From: Caldilineaceae bacterium | Lineage (GTDB): Bacteria; Chloroflexota; Anaerolineae; Caldilineales; Caldilineaceae | Reading direction: 5' to 3' | Length of the DNA stretch: 64,000 nucleotides | Assembly (NCBI GenBank): GCA_019637685.1 | Contig: JAHBVF010000015.1 | Coordinates: 7,875-71,874, forward strand | Part shown: in pieces, positions 37,775 to 46,969 of the stretch | How positions within the stretch are numbered: position 1 is the first letter of the stretch | How the letters are laid out: each line of letters begins with the position of its first letter | The notes under the pieces: model-generated | Databases searched by the model: none | What the model was told of the DNA's origin: nothing | Seen by the model: the letters and a program-made list of their open reading frames with translations, nothing else | Program-made: the position numbers and the translations under genes

Positions 37775-38188
37775 TCCCGTGGGTGCGGTTTTCAACCGCA
37801 TAATTGTTGGCGTATCCATCATTTCCCAGGATTCGATACCTGTGCGGCTGCAAACCGCATCTACAATTTGAGATGTTGTGGGTACGGTTTTCAACCGCAC
37901 AATCGTCGGCGTTTCCTTCATTTGCCAGGACTCGGTACCGTTTTGTAGGTGCGGTTTTCAACCGCACAATCGTCGGCGTTTCCTTCATTTGCCGGGATTC
38001 GATACCTGTGCGGCTGCAAGCCGCACCTACAATTTGAGATGTTGTGGGTGCGGTTTTCAACCGCACAATCGTCGGCGTTTCCTTCATTTTCCGGGATTCG
38101 ATGCCTGTGCGGCTTGCAGCCGCACAATTGTCGGCCTTCCCGCCACCTACCGGAATTCGATACCTGTGCGGCTGCAAGCCGCACCTAC
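37775..38188. repeat. REP array R: ~3.5 tandem copies of a ~117-bp unit with REP doublets; last REP overlaps the res stop codon
   Basis: Unit TGTGGGTGCGGTTTTCAACCGCACAATCGTCGGCGTTTCCTTCATTTGCCGGGATTCGATACCTGTGCGGCTGCAAGCCGCACCTACAATTTGAGATGT. The final GCACCTAC provides the TAG stop of res. Confidence 0.85.
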
Positions 38189-41100
38189 AAAATGGCCGCT
38201 TCAATCAACTTGTTGAAATCCGCCTCAATCTCAAAGACGGCTTTGAACTCGGCAAACTGCCAGCGGCCCAGTGTGCCCAAATTGTTCACCCCCGGTACCC
38301 AATAGCTCTTCATCGTGTTGGACTTGTCCTTCACATCCTCGCCCCGAAAGCCCTTGATTTCCACCACCAGATTGAGCAGGTCAGCCCGCCCGTCGTCGAT
38401 CTGCACGATAAAGTCCGGGATATATGTGCGTTTGGTCGAGCCGTAGAGGTAGGGCACTTCCAGCCCCAAGCCCTGGTTCTTCACATAGGCCCGCACACGG
38501 GGATGGGCCTCGGCCACCCGGCAGAACTCGGATTCCCAGTCGCTGTCACAGACCACCCAGTTGATGTGGCAGTGCTGGGGAGATGTCTTCCAGCGGGTCT
38601 CTTTGGAGGTGTTGAAGTTGACGTGGATGGTGGAGCCGGTGGGGTTATAGGCGTCCAGAATCGCTTTGATGGGCCGGTCGTCGGCCATGGATTCGGTGAT
38701 GGCGGCGGCGATACGCTCACAGGCCATATCCCCTATCTCTCGGTAGATCAGTTGGGCCGGATACGTGCCACCGGTACAGCGCAGATAGCCCCCTTCCAAC
38801 CACTGCTGGGCAATGCGCTTCAACTGGCCGAAGAGATGCAGCTTGGGTTCTTCGCCCGGATCACGGAATTTGCTGTAGAGCAGATGCTTGGCCAGATGGT
38901 AGAGCAGCGTGGACTGGCGCATCCCTTCCAGATGCTTCACATTCAGGTCGATCCCTTCGCCGATAATGCCCTCGTTGCGGGTCACCGAAGGGCCGACCAG
39001 CAGCGGCGTCAACTCCAGCACAGAATCTGGGCCAAAGGTGGCCGTGAGCTTCTCTGCCGGCAGCTCCACCCGATAGCCCTCCACCCGGGGAAATTGAATC
39101 TCCAAAGCGTCCCGCTCTGGTCGCACAGCCATCACCTGCACGGTCTGTTTGGGTGGTTTGGGGGCCACCACCACTGGCTTGGCCGTGAAGTCAAAGGGGA
39201 TGCCGAAGACATCCGCATACTCCACATTGAACAGCCCCTCCTCGTTCAATTCGTAGGATTGGCGGCGCAGGGCGCGGCCCACCACCTGCTCGCACAGCAG
39301 TTGTGTACCAAAGGCCCGCACCCCCAGCACGTGGGTCACGGTGTTGCAGTCCCAGCCCTCGGTCAGCATGGAAACCGAGACCACACAGCGCACAGATTCG
39401 CCCAGCCGCCCTTCCTTGCCTACGGTATTCATCACCTCCCGCAGCAACTCCTGGTCGCTAATGTTCTGGCCGTCGGCCTGGTTGCCGCTGCGCTCCACAA
39501 TCTCCCGGCGAAAGCGTTCGATTTCGTCCGCCGCCATCTCCCGAAAATCGTTGTCCAGAGCGTCGCCGGACTCAAGCTGTTCGCTGTCGATGAGCAGGGT
39601 ATTGGGCCGGGCCAGCCGGTTGCCCCCTTCGTCGTAGTTGCGGAAGAGGGGCAGCCGTCCTGCATTGTAGGCTTCCGTCTCCCCATCTTCCCCCAGCCGT
39701 TGAAAGCCGGAGATATAGTCGTAGACCAGCTTGGAGGTGGAGGTGTTGTTGCAGACCACAATAAAGACCGGCGGCGTCCCAATCCCAGCCCCCTGCCAGA
39801 GATCGAATATCTTCTCGTAGTGGCCGTAGAGGGCATCCAGCGCGGTCTGAAGCTCGGCGGGCAAAGCCAGCGGGTCCAGATTCTTGCTGGCCTTGCCCCG
39901 CCCCTTCTTGGGCATCTTCTTGCCGATATGCTCCCATAGGTTGCGGAATTTGGGCATATCCCCGCCGGGGATATTGTCGGCCACAGGCACACGGGGCAGC
40001 TTGACAATCCCACACTCGATGGCGTCCATCAGGGAGAAGTCGCTGGCTGCCCAGGGAAAGAGGGTGCCTTCGGCATAGCCGGAGCCGCGCAGGAAGAAAG
40101 GCGTGGCCGAGAGGTCATAGACCTTCTGCACCCCCAGCTTGCGCTTGACCACTTCCAGCCCGGAAATCCACAACCGGGCGGCCTCGTTGGCCTTCTGGGC
40201 CTCCTTGCGGTCGTCCCCCTTCAAATCCTCAAAATCTTCGTTGTCCGGTTTCTCCCGGTAGCAGTGGTGGGCTTCGTCGTTGAGCACCAGCACATTCTTC
40301 ATGCCCATCAGTTCCGGCATCACCCGCTGGATCATTTGGCCTTCGCTCTCCAATGTCTGCAACTCCGGCCCTCGCCCTTGCAGAAATTCCCGGCTGGTCT
40401 TGGAGAGGCTCAGACGTTCGCGCAGTTTGAAGGAATGGTAGTTGGTGATGACGATTTTGGCCCGGTCCAGATCGCCCAGCATATCGCCGGGCACCAGCTC
40501 CCGGCTGCGGTAGTAGCTGTCCGGGTCGTTGGGGTGCAGCACCCGCAGGCGGTCCCGAATGGTGATACCCGGCGTCACAATCAGAAAGCCCCGGGTAAAG
40601 GCGCGGCTGCGGGGATGGCGCACCGCGTTGATGGTCTGCCAGGCAATCAGCATGGCCATCACTGTCGTCTTGCCTGCACCCGTAGCCAGCTTCAGCGCAA
40701 TCCGCAACAACTCCGGGTTGGCCTGTTCGCTGGCCCCCTGGAGCAGGTCCAGAGTTTCCTTGCCCTGGGCCGAATTGGGTGCGACCTCCGCCAGCCAGAT
40801 GGCCGTCTCCACCGCCTCCACCTGGCAGAAGAAGGGGCGAATGCCCTGAAAGGGATAGCTGCGCCAGTGTTGCAGCAGTCGCTGGGTCTCCGGCGTCACC
40901 CCCCACTTGCCGGGGTCGGGAATCTGCCGCCAGCGGTCCACCTGGGCGCGGATGGCGTTGATGTTGCCGGTGGTGTCGTATTGCTGCTCGTCCGTGGAGA
41001 TGCCCTCTTCTTCCCCCAGCACCAGGGCCAACTGTTGATCCTTCGACTTGCGCCGCTTCTTGGGCTTGGGCACAGGGGTCACAAACTTGGCCGTGCGCCG

Positions 41101-41238
41101 AAAGTCGAGAATCTGATTGGTGGGTTGGCCGTCTGCGTCCAGTTCCCAATGGCGGGCTGGGTAGGTGTAAGGGGAGTTAAGGATGGGTTTCTCGAAGAAT
41201 TGTTCTGTCATCGTGTTCCTATATTTACGCGGTTGCAC
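38185..41238 (-). CDS. res: Type III restriction enzyme Res subunit (SF2 helicase + endonuclease)
   Basis: 1017 aa. N-terminal FFEKPILNSPYTYP...TPETQRLLQHWRS block; Walker A LATGAGKT; DEAH box LVLNDEAHHCY; helicase motif VI region QVVGRALRR; C-terminal endonuclease-like domain. Confidence 0.85.
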   Translation of the reverse strand: MQPRKYRNTMTEQFFEKPILNSPYTYPARHWELDADGQPTNQILDFRRTAKFVTPVPKPKKRRKSKDQQLALVLGEEEGISTDEQQYDTTGNINAIRAQVDRWRQIPDPGKWGVTPETQRLLQHWRSYPFQGIRPFFCQVEAVETAIWLAEVAPNSAQGKETLDLLQGASEQANPELLRIALKLATGAGKTTVMAMLIAWQTINAVRHPRSRAFTRGFLIVTPGITIRDRLRVLHPNDPDSYYRSRELVPGDMLGDLDRAKIVITNYHSFKLRERLSLSKTSREFLQGRGPELQTLESEGQMIQRVMPELMGMKNVLVLNDEAHHCYREKPDNEDFEDLKGDDRKEAQKANEAARLWISGLEVVKRKLGVQKVYDLSATPFFLRGSGYAEGTLFPWAASDFSLMDAIECGIVKLPRVPVADNIPGGDMPKFRNLWEHIGKKMPKKGRGKASKNLDPLALPAELQTALDALYGHYEKIFDLWQGAGIGTPPVFIVVCNNTSTSKLVYDYISGFQRLGEDGETEAYNAGRLPLFRNYDEGGNRLARPNTLLIDSEQLESGDALDNDFREMAADEIERFRREIVERSGNQADGQNISDQELLREVMNTVGKEGRLGESVRCVVSVSMLTEGWDCNTVTHVLGVRAFGTQLLCEQVVGRALRRQSYELNEEGLFNVEYADVFGIPFDFTAKPVVVAPKPPKQTVQVMAVRPERDALEIQFPRVEGYRVELPAEKLTATFGPDSVLELTPLLVGPSVTRNEGIIGEGIDLNVKHLEGMRQSTLLYHLAKHLLYSKFRDPGEEPKLHLFGQLKRIAQQWLEGGYLRCTGGTYPAQLIYREIGDMACERIAAAITESMADDRPIKAILDAYNPTGSTIHVNFNTSKETRWKTSPQHCHINWVVCDSDWESEFCRVAEAHPRVRAYVKNQGLGLEVPYLYGSTKRTYIPDFIVQIDDGRADLLNLVVEIKGFRGEDVKDKSNTMKSYWVPGVNNLGTLGRWQFAEFKAVFEIEADFNKLIEAAIL

Positions 41239-41464
41239 CGATTTGGGCAGCCAGCGAACTGGTGATTATGTGTTCCTATCCTCGTCTTTGACTTCTAAGG
41301 TATCGATCCAACTCGGTTCTGTTTCCATTTCGTTATGTCACTTGGGGGGGCTCAAGCGCTGATTGCAGACCGAGCAGCGTTAGCCACGCTTTCGATTTAT
41401 CCCTGCGTAAGTCTAGCATAGAGTACTTGCCTGGACAATTGATTGCATGCAGCGTCGGAACCCC

Positions 41465-41762
41465 TGCACAAGCACCAGTCATCGCTGCACAACTACTCGT
41501 CATCATTGCACAAGCACCGGTCATCGCTGCACAAACACTCATCACCCCTGCACAGCCATCCACCATCACCGCGCAACTACTCGTCATCACTGCACAGCCA
41601 CCCATCATCGCCGCGCAAGCACTCATCATTGCCGCGCAAGCAGCAGTCACCAGCGCACAAACACTCGTCATCACTGCACAGCCACCCATCATCGCCGCGC
41701 AAGCACTCATCATTGCCGCGCAAGCAGCAGTCACCAGCGCACAAACACTCGTCATCACCACA
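41465..41762. repeat. 14-copy tandem repeat with 21-nt period (GCACAAnCACTCGTCATCnnn); all frames open
   Basis: Minus-strand frame gives heptads xxMxxCA (VMTSVCA LVTAACA AMMSACA AMMGGCA ...). Plus-strand frames give His/Cys-rich (CTSTSHR CTTTRHH ...) or xxIxAQx heptads. Units are not identical (substitutions between copies). Confidence 0.8.
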
Positions 41763-41821
41763 CAGACCCCGATTCCTAACCAGCCCTTTTCTTGGAGATT
41801 AAAGAATTGATCGGGCAATAG

Positions 41822-41891
41822 CGTAGGTGTGGCTTGTAGCCACACGTCTCTGGGCATCCCTTATCTGTGCGGCTTCAAGCCGCGCCTACCC
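41822..41891. repeat. REP doublet (GTAGGTGTGGCTTGTAGCCACAC ... GTGCGGCTTCAAGCCGCGCCTAC)
   Basis: Same GTAG-type palindromes as the RAYT-flanking arrays, ~580 nt upstream of res. Confidence 0.7.
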
Positions 41892-42129
41892 GTCCCCAAT
41901 TTTTTCTTGATCCACAACCAAAGGTGGTCACTGAGGCATTTCTGCAAATACCAAGTTAATATTTTGCAACATTACGCAAAATCTACTATAGTCCGCTCTC
42001 TTTTCGTGTGATAATTTGTGGCCAATCGTAATTGCAATTGCCGATTCCTAACGTTGTTCGATTTGATTTCATGCGGGCCAGGGCTGAATGCCACAGCAGG
42101 GCCTGCCACTATCCAGAAAGGAAATTCAT

Positions 42130-42777
42130 ATGTCTTCCCGTTCGATTGCCAACCGCCTGGAGTCTGTGCGTCTGGCCGTGACCAACGCCTTGGCCGAAAG
42201 TGAACTCCTGGCCGCGCTGGCACCCTTTGGCTATGACGAGGCCCGCCTGCAAGAGGGCAAAGGGTTGTATGAGAATGCACTGGCTGTCTGGCAGAGCCAA
42301 CAGCAAAAACAGAGCCGGCGGCGGGCTGCCACCGCGGCCTATTATCAAGCCGATGGCGTGGCCACCCGTGCCTATATGCGGACCGTCAAGCTCTGCCGCA
42401 CCCTCTACCGGGACGATCCCGTCACCTATCAGGCCCTGGGCCTGGTTGGAACCCGACGTAAAACATTCGCGGCCAAAGTAGCCCAGATGCGCCACTTCTA
42501 CACCACCGCCCTGGGCAGCCCACAGATTCTGTCCACCCTGGCCAGTTACGGCTTTCCAGAGAGCCAGTTGCAGGCCGACTTTGCCCTGGTGGCCGCGCTG
42601 CAAACAGCCCGCTCCCAACGGGAGGTGGAAAACGGCGCGGTGCAGGACGCCACCCAAAGCCGGTCACAGGCTTTCGCGGTGCTGGAAGGCTGGATGCGGG
42701 AATTTATCACTGTTTCCCGCCTGGCCCTGGAAGAGACCCCCCAACGGCTGGAGATGCTGGGACTGGCCGACAGTTGA
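42130..42777 (+). CDS. hypothetical protein
   Basis: Start MSSRSIANR with AGAAAGGAAA RBS. 215 aa, alpha-helical. No family recognised. Terminator-like hairpin AGTAGGAGGGG...CCCCTCCTACT follows at ~42800-42855. Confidence 0.5.
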   Translation: MSSRSIANRLESVRLAVTNALAESELLAALAPFGYDEARLQEGKGLYENALAVWQSQQQKQSRRRAATAAYYQADGVATRAYMRTVKLCRTLYRDDPVTYQALGLVGTRRKTFAAKVAQMRHFYTTALGSPQILSTLASYGFPESQLQADFALVAALQTARSQREVENGAVQDATQSRSQAFAVLEGWMREFITVSRLALEETPQRLEMLGLADS

Positions 42778-42961
42778 GCCAATGCCCAATGGATTTGAGT
42801 GCAGTAGGAGGGGTGTGCGTGCCAACCGGCCGCAGACCCCTCCTACTGTATCTGCCACCTGCTGTATCTGCCTCTGGCGCTATTGGCGCCGCCCCGTCTC
42901 GCCCCCACTGCCTGTTCTCCCCCTTCATTTGCATTTACCATTGAATTATCTGTACAAAAAT

Positions 42962-42990
42962 TTGACAATCGTGCATGTGTGCGCTATTCT
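42962..42990 (+). promoter_or_regulatory. sigma70-like promoter TTGACA-17-TATTCT upstream of 43078 gene
   Basis: TTGACAATCGTGCATGTGTGCGCTATTCT: consensus -35, 17-nt spacer, TAttcT -10. Confidence 0.45.
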
Positions 42991-43077
42991 ATGGACAATA
43001 GGTTGGACAAGACATCGATACCAGCCGTGTCGATATATGCTCGCCAAGACGAGCGATAGCCAAGGAGAACAGCACCC

Positions 43078-43998
43078 ATGCACACCCTCATCACCGGCGG
43101 AACCGGCCTCATCGGCCGTGCCCTCATCGACAGTCTGGTGGCCGACGGCCACACAGCCACTGTGCTCACCCGCTCGCCCCAGAAACACCAGAGCAGCCTG
43201 CCCGCGGGCGTAACAGCCGTCAAGTGGGATGGCAAGACCACCACAGGCTGGGGGCATCTGATCCAGGGCGTGGACGCGGTTGTCAATCTGGCCGGGGAAG
43301 GGATCGCCGACGGGCGCTGGAGCGAAGAGCGCAAACAGCGCATTTTGCAGAGCCGGGTGGACGCGGGCCAGGCGCTGGTGGCTGCCATCGCCCAGGCCGA
43401 GACCAAACCCAACGTGCTGGTGCAGGCCTCGGCAGTTGGCTATTACGGCGTGGGCGACGACAACCCTCTGCCCGAAAGCAGCCCGCCCGGCCACGACTTT
43501 TTGGGCCGGGTCTGCGCTGAATGGGAGGCATCCAGCGCGGGGGTGGAGGAGATGGGCGTGCGTCGGGTCGTCATCCGCACAGGGGTTGTGCTGAGCACCA
43601 AAGGGGGCGCGTTCCCCAAACTGGTGCTGCCCTTCCGCCTCTTTGCCGGTGGGCCTATCGGCAATGGCCGCCAATACTTCCCCTGGATTCACATTGACGA
43701 TCAGGTGCGGGCCATCCGGTTTTTGATGGCCAACGAAGAGGCCAGGGGAGCCTATAACCTGGCCGCGCCCCAGCCCCCCACCAACAAAGAATTTGCGCAA
43801 AAGCTGGGCAAAGCAATGGGGCGGCCCGCGCTGCTGCCCGTCCCCGCCTTTGTCTTCAAAATACTCTTCGGCGAAATGTCCACTGTTCTGCTGGACGGGC
43901 AGCGGGCTGTGCCCCAGGCTTTGGACGCGGCCGGCTTTGGCTTCTCCTATCCCGAAGCCACCGCAGCCACCCGCGACATCCTCCAACACAAGAAGTAG
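43078..43998 (+). CDS. TIGR01777-family NAD-dependent epimerase/dehydratase-like protein (YfcH-like)
   Basis: [12 protein letters not shown] Rossmann motif, 306 aa, and a C-terminal DUF1731-like tail. Confidence 0.75.
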   Translation: MHTLITGGTGLIGRALIDSLVADGHTATVLTRSPQKHQSSLPAGVTAVKWDGKTTTGWGHLIQGVDAVVNLAGEGIADGRWSEERKQRILQSRVDAGQALVAAIAQAETKPNVLVQASAVGYYGVGDDNPLPESSPPGHDFLGRVCAEWEASSAGVEEMGVRRVVIRTGVVLSTKGGAFPKLVLPFRLFAGGPIGNGRQYFPWIHIDDQVRAIRFLMANEEARGAYNLAAPQPPTNKEFAQKLGKAMGRPALLPVPAFVFKILFGEMSTVLLDGQRAVPQALDAAGFGFSYPEATAATRDILQHKK

Positions 43999-44053
43999 GG
44001 TCTTTCGCTCCATTCACTCGCATCTTTGCGTGGGGGAGTTGCAGGGGATTGCT

Positions 44054-45535
44054 ATGACAGCCATCTGGTGGATTCGCCGGGACTTGCGCCTGGCTGATAA
44101 CAGGGCGCTGACCGAAGCTGTGCGGCAGGCGGACGCGGCAAAGGCCGGGGTGATTCCTCTCTTTGTCCTCGATCCGGTCCTGTTGGACTCGGTTTATGTG
44201 GGCCAAAAGCGGATCGATTTTCTGGTGGGTGGTCTGGCTTCACTACACGAAAGTTTGTTGCAGCGAGGCAGCCGCCTGGTTGTGCGCCGGGGCGACCCCT
44301 TGGCCGTGCTCCAGCAGGTGATGGCCGAGAGCGGCGCCACCGCCATCTATGCCCAGGCCGACCACTCGCCCTATGCCGTCCAGCGCGACGCCCGGATCAG
44401 CGCGGCTTTGCCCCTGCACCTGGTGGCCGGTGTGACCGCGCTGCTGCCGGGCACGGTTGCAAAAGCGGATGGCACGCCCTATACAGTCTTCACCCCATTC
44501 AAAAAGCGCTGGCTGCCCCTGTCCCCGGCAAGCCGGGAGCCGCTCTTGCCCAGCCCGGCGCGCCTCTCCACACCCGAATCCATTGCCAGCGAAGTTCTGC
44601 CTTCGCTGGCTGACACCCCGTCCTTCCCCCCTGGCGAAGAGGCGGCCTGGGCGCGCTTGACGGCTTTTACCCAGGGGGCGGACGTGTCTATCTTTGACTA
44701 CGCGAATACCAGGAATCGGCCCGATTGGGACGACACCTCCCGGCTCTCTCCCTATCTGCGCCTGGGGATGCTCTCCCCCCGCCAGGCATTGGTGGCCGCG
44801 CAGGCAGCCGGACAGCGGGCCGAGACACCGGCCCAGCGCGCCGGGGTGGAGATGTGGATTTCCGAGCTGATCTGGCGGGAGTTTTTTGTCTCGATTCTGC
44901 ATCATTTTCCCGGTGTGCGGCGGGCCAGCTTTCGCCCGGACTATGCGGAGATTGACTGGCGCAACGACCGGGACGAATTTGCGGCCTGGTGTACGGGGCG
45001 CACGGGCTATCCTTTTGTGGACGCGGCCCTGCGCCAGTTGACCACCACCGGCTGGATGCACAATCGGGCGCGGATGGTGGTAGCCTCCTTTCTGGTCAAG
45101 CACCTGCTCATCGACTGGCGCTGGGGCGAGCGCTTCTTTATGCAGCATCTGCTGGACGGGGACCCCGCGGCCAATAACGGGGGCTGGCAGTGGGTGGCGG
45201 GCACTGGCACCGACGCCGCTCCATATTTTCGGGTCTTCAACCCAATCACCCAGAGCCGCAAGTTCGATCCCGACGGCGTCTACATCCGGCGCTGGGTTCC
45301 CGAACTGGCGGACGTGCCCACACCCGCCATCCACACGCCCTGGAAGATGTCGGCCAGCGAGCAGGCACGGGCGGACTGTCATACCGGCACAGATTATCCC
45401 AACCCGCTTGTGGAGCACGCCTTCGCCCGCCAGCGGGCCTTGGAAACGTATAAGGCCGCACTGAACAGAACCAGAGCAACGCAGAGTCACAGGGGCGCGG
45501 ATTTACGCAGAGAAACGCAGATGAAATCCGTGTGA
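44054..45535 (+). CDS. phrB: deoxyribodipyrimidine photolyase (cryptochrome/photolyase family)
   Basis: N-terminal [20 protein letters not shown]-terminal FAD-binding region [33 protein letters not shown]...[16 protein letters not shown]. Confidence 0.9.
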   Translation: MTAIWWIRRDLRLADNRALTEAVRQADAAKAGVIPLFVLDPVLLDSVYVGQKRIDFLVGGLASLHESLLQRGSRLVVRRGDPLAVLQQVMAESGATAIYAQADHSPYAVQRDARISAALPLHLVAGVTALLPGTVAKADGTPYTVFTPFKKRWLPLSPASREPLLPSPARLSTPESIASEVLPSLADTPSFPPGEEAAWARLTAFTQGADVSIFDYANTRNRPDWDDTSRLSPYLRLGMLSPRQALVAAQAAGQRAETPAQRAGVEMWISELIWREFFVSILHHFPGVRRASFRPDYAEIDWRNDRDEFAAWCTGRTGYPFVDAALRQLTTTGWMHNRARMVVASFLVKHLLIDWRWGERFFMQHLLDGDPAANNGGWQWVAGTGTDAAPYFRVFNPITQSRKFDPDGVYIRRWVPELADVPTPAIHTPWKMSASEQARADCHTGTDYPNPLVEHAFARQRALETYKAALNRTRATQSHRGADLRRETQMKSV

Positions 45536-45600
45536 ATCCGTCCCATCCGCGTTTATCCGTGTTCATCAGTGGCTTAAAAGGCTTTTTGTAGTAAAGTCAT

Positions 45601-45762
45601 CGTGACTATTCAGGCCAGCGCCGGTTGAGTAGGCCACGGTAGTATGTGGCCGTATCGAAACCAAAGCGGGTAGACCCGCAAACTGGTTTCGTTACGCCTG
45701 GAAACAGCCCCAGGCTACTCAACCGACGTTTGCTAACCGGCTGGCTTATGGCTGAATAGTCA
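45601..45762. mobile_element. MITE-like element: ~162 bp, imperfect ~40-bp terminal inverted repeats (GTGACTATTCAGG... / ...CTGAATAGTCAC) flanked by direct AAGTCATC
   Basis: Left end TAAAGTCATC|GTGACTATTCAGGCCAGCGCCGGTTGAGTAGGCC. Right end GGCTACTCAACCG...CCGGCTGGCTTATGGCTGAATAGTCAC|AAGTCATCC. Internal nested hairpins CGAAACCAAAGCGGGTAGACCCGCAAACTGGTTTCG and GCCTGGAAACAGCCCCAGGC. Confidence 0.6.
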
Positions 45763-45802
45763 CAAGTCATCCATGCATATCAGTATCTATTTATACATCA
45801 GT

Positions 45803-45904
45803 CGACACGACCGACTGACACCGATAGCAGTGAAAATCATCCACAGATTCTCACAGATTGAATCCGTGTTCCCTTTTATCCGTGTATACAACCCTATTTT
45901 CAGA
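45803..45904. repeat. ~105-nt conserved 5'-leader element, copy 2 (ends 15 nt before membrane-protein start codon)
   Basis: >90% identical to 28004-28116. A degenerate third relative (GAAATCCGTGTGAATCCGTCCCATCCGCGTTTATCCGTGTT) overlaps the photolyase stop at 45505-45560. Confidence 0.65.
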
Positions 45905-45919
45905 GCAGGAGTCCATTCC

Positions 45920-46969
45920 ATGAGCGTCACAAGTGCAAGTGAGTCCAGCCTGCCCAGCACCCGCGCAGAGGGCAAACTGCCGCGCAAAGATGTGCTGGCC
46001 CTGTGGGGTGGCATTATCTTCAGCACCCTTTTTACCGGCCTGATCTGGCTGGTGGGTGGACGGCTGGACGCGGTTCAACTGTTGCCCGATGCAGGGGCCA
46101 GTTGGTATTTGTGGAAGTTGCCCGAACCCACCTTCTGGAGTCGGGCCACAGCCTGGGGCTTCTATCTGGCCCATCAGGTTACCCTCTGGGGGCTTATTTA
46201 CTACGCGCAGAAGAACAAGACAAAATACACCACCGGTCTGCACCGGGTGAACCTGTGGGCGCTGGCCGCCAACGCCTCCTTCATCACCCTCCGTCTGGTC
46301 CAAACCCACGTCTGGTACGACGGTCTGGCCCAGGATGTCTCCATTTGGAGCAGCCAGGTGTCGGTGATTATTCTGCTGGTCTGGGTGCTGGTGATGGAGA
46401 ATCAGCGCCGCGGGCTTTTCTTTGGCAAGCCAGCCCCCTTCTCCAAAGAAGTGGTGCGCTTTGCCCGCACCTATCACGGCTACTATTTCGCCTGGGCGAC
46501 TATCTACACCTTTTGGTATCACCCCACCATCGCCACAAGCGGGCATCTCATCGGCTTCTTTTATATGTTCCTGCTGATGTTACAGGGCAGCCTCTTCTTC
46601 ACTCGCATCCACACCAACCGCTGGTGGACACTGGTGCAGGAATTCACTGTGCTGATCCACGGCACACTGGTGGCGGTGATGCAGGGCAACGGCATCTGGC
46701 CGATGTTTGCGTTTGGCTTTGCCGGTCTCTTTATCATCACCCAAATGCACGGGATCGGGCTTTCCCTGCGCAGCCGCATCGGATTGATCGGGGTCTTTGC
46801 GGCCAGTGTGATTTGGGTATACAGCGAGCGGGGCTGGGCACAGATCAATGAGATTATCCGTATTCCCGCCATCGATTACCTGGCCGTCTTTGCCCTGGCG
46901 GGTATCTTCTGGCTGGGGCTGGCCGTGGCCCGGCGTTTTCAGCCCGCCCCGGTGAGCGGGTCTCAGTGA
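45920..46969 (+). CDS. hypothetical polytopic membrane protein
   Basis: Start MSVTSASE after AGGAG RBS. ~8 TM helices; Trp/Tyr-rich. The track ORF start at 45773 lies inside the repeat and is rejected. Confidence 0.55.
   Translation: MSVTSASESSLPSTRAEGKLPRKDVLALWGGIIFSTLFTGLIWLVGGRLDAVQLLPDAGASWYLWKLPEPTFWSRATAWGFYLAHQVTLWGLIYYAQKNKTKYTTGLHRVNLWALAANASFITLRLVQTHVWYDGLAQDVSIWSSQVSVIILLVWVLVMENQRRGLFFGKPAPFSKEVVRFARTYHGYYFAWATIYTFWYHPTIATSGHLIGFFYMFLLMLQGSLFFTRIHTNRWWTLVQEFTVLIHGTLVAVMQGNGIWPMFAFGFAGLFIITQMHGIGLSLRSRIGLIGVFAASVIWVYSERGWAQINEIIRIPAIDYLAVFALAGIFWLGLAVARRFQPAPVSGSQ

Larger units (their letters stand above)
36598..38188 (-). mobile_element. RAYT-REP module (REP array - RAYT - REP array) inserted between res and mod
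   Basis: Composite of the three features above. Occupies the entire res-mod intergenic space. Confidence 0.75.

Noticed and set aside
36598-38188. CRISPR array hypothesis for the tandem palindromic repeats
   Set aside because: Units are 117-153 bp and near-identical along their whole length, with no unique spacers. No cas genes. A RAYT gene sits between the arrays and the palindromes carry the 5' GTAG REP signature.
38044-41265. 631-aa and 333-aa plus-strand ORFs
   Set aside because: Antisense to res. No motifs. Start inside REP array.
42946-45490. 355-aa and 415-aa minus-strand ORFs
   Set aside because: Antisense to the TIGR01777-family gene and photolyase.
45773-45919. N-terminal extension of the membrane-protein ORF starting at 45773 (MHISIYLYISRHDRLTPIAVKIIHR...)
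   Set aside because: Encoded by the dispersed ~105-nt repeat. The same peptide appears in the spurious ORF 27714..28052 at the other repeat copy. The real start is at 45920 after an AGGAG RBS.
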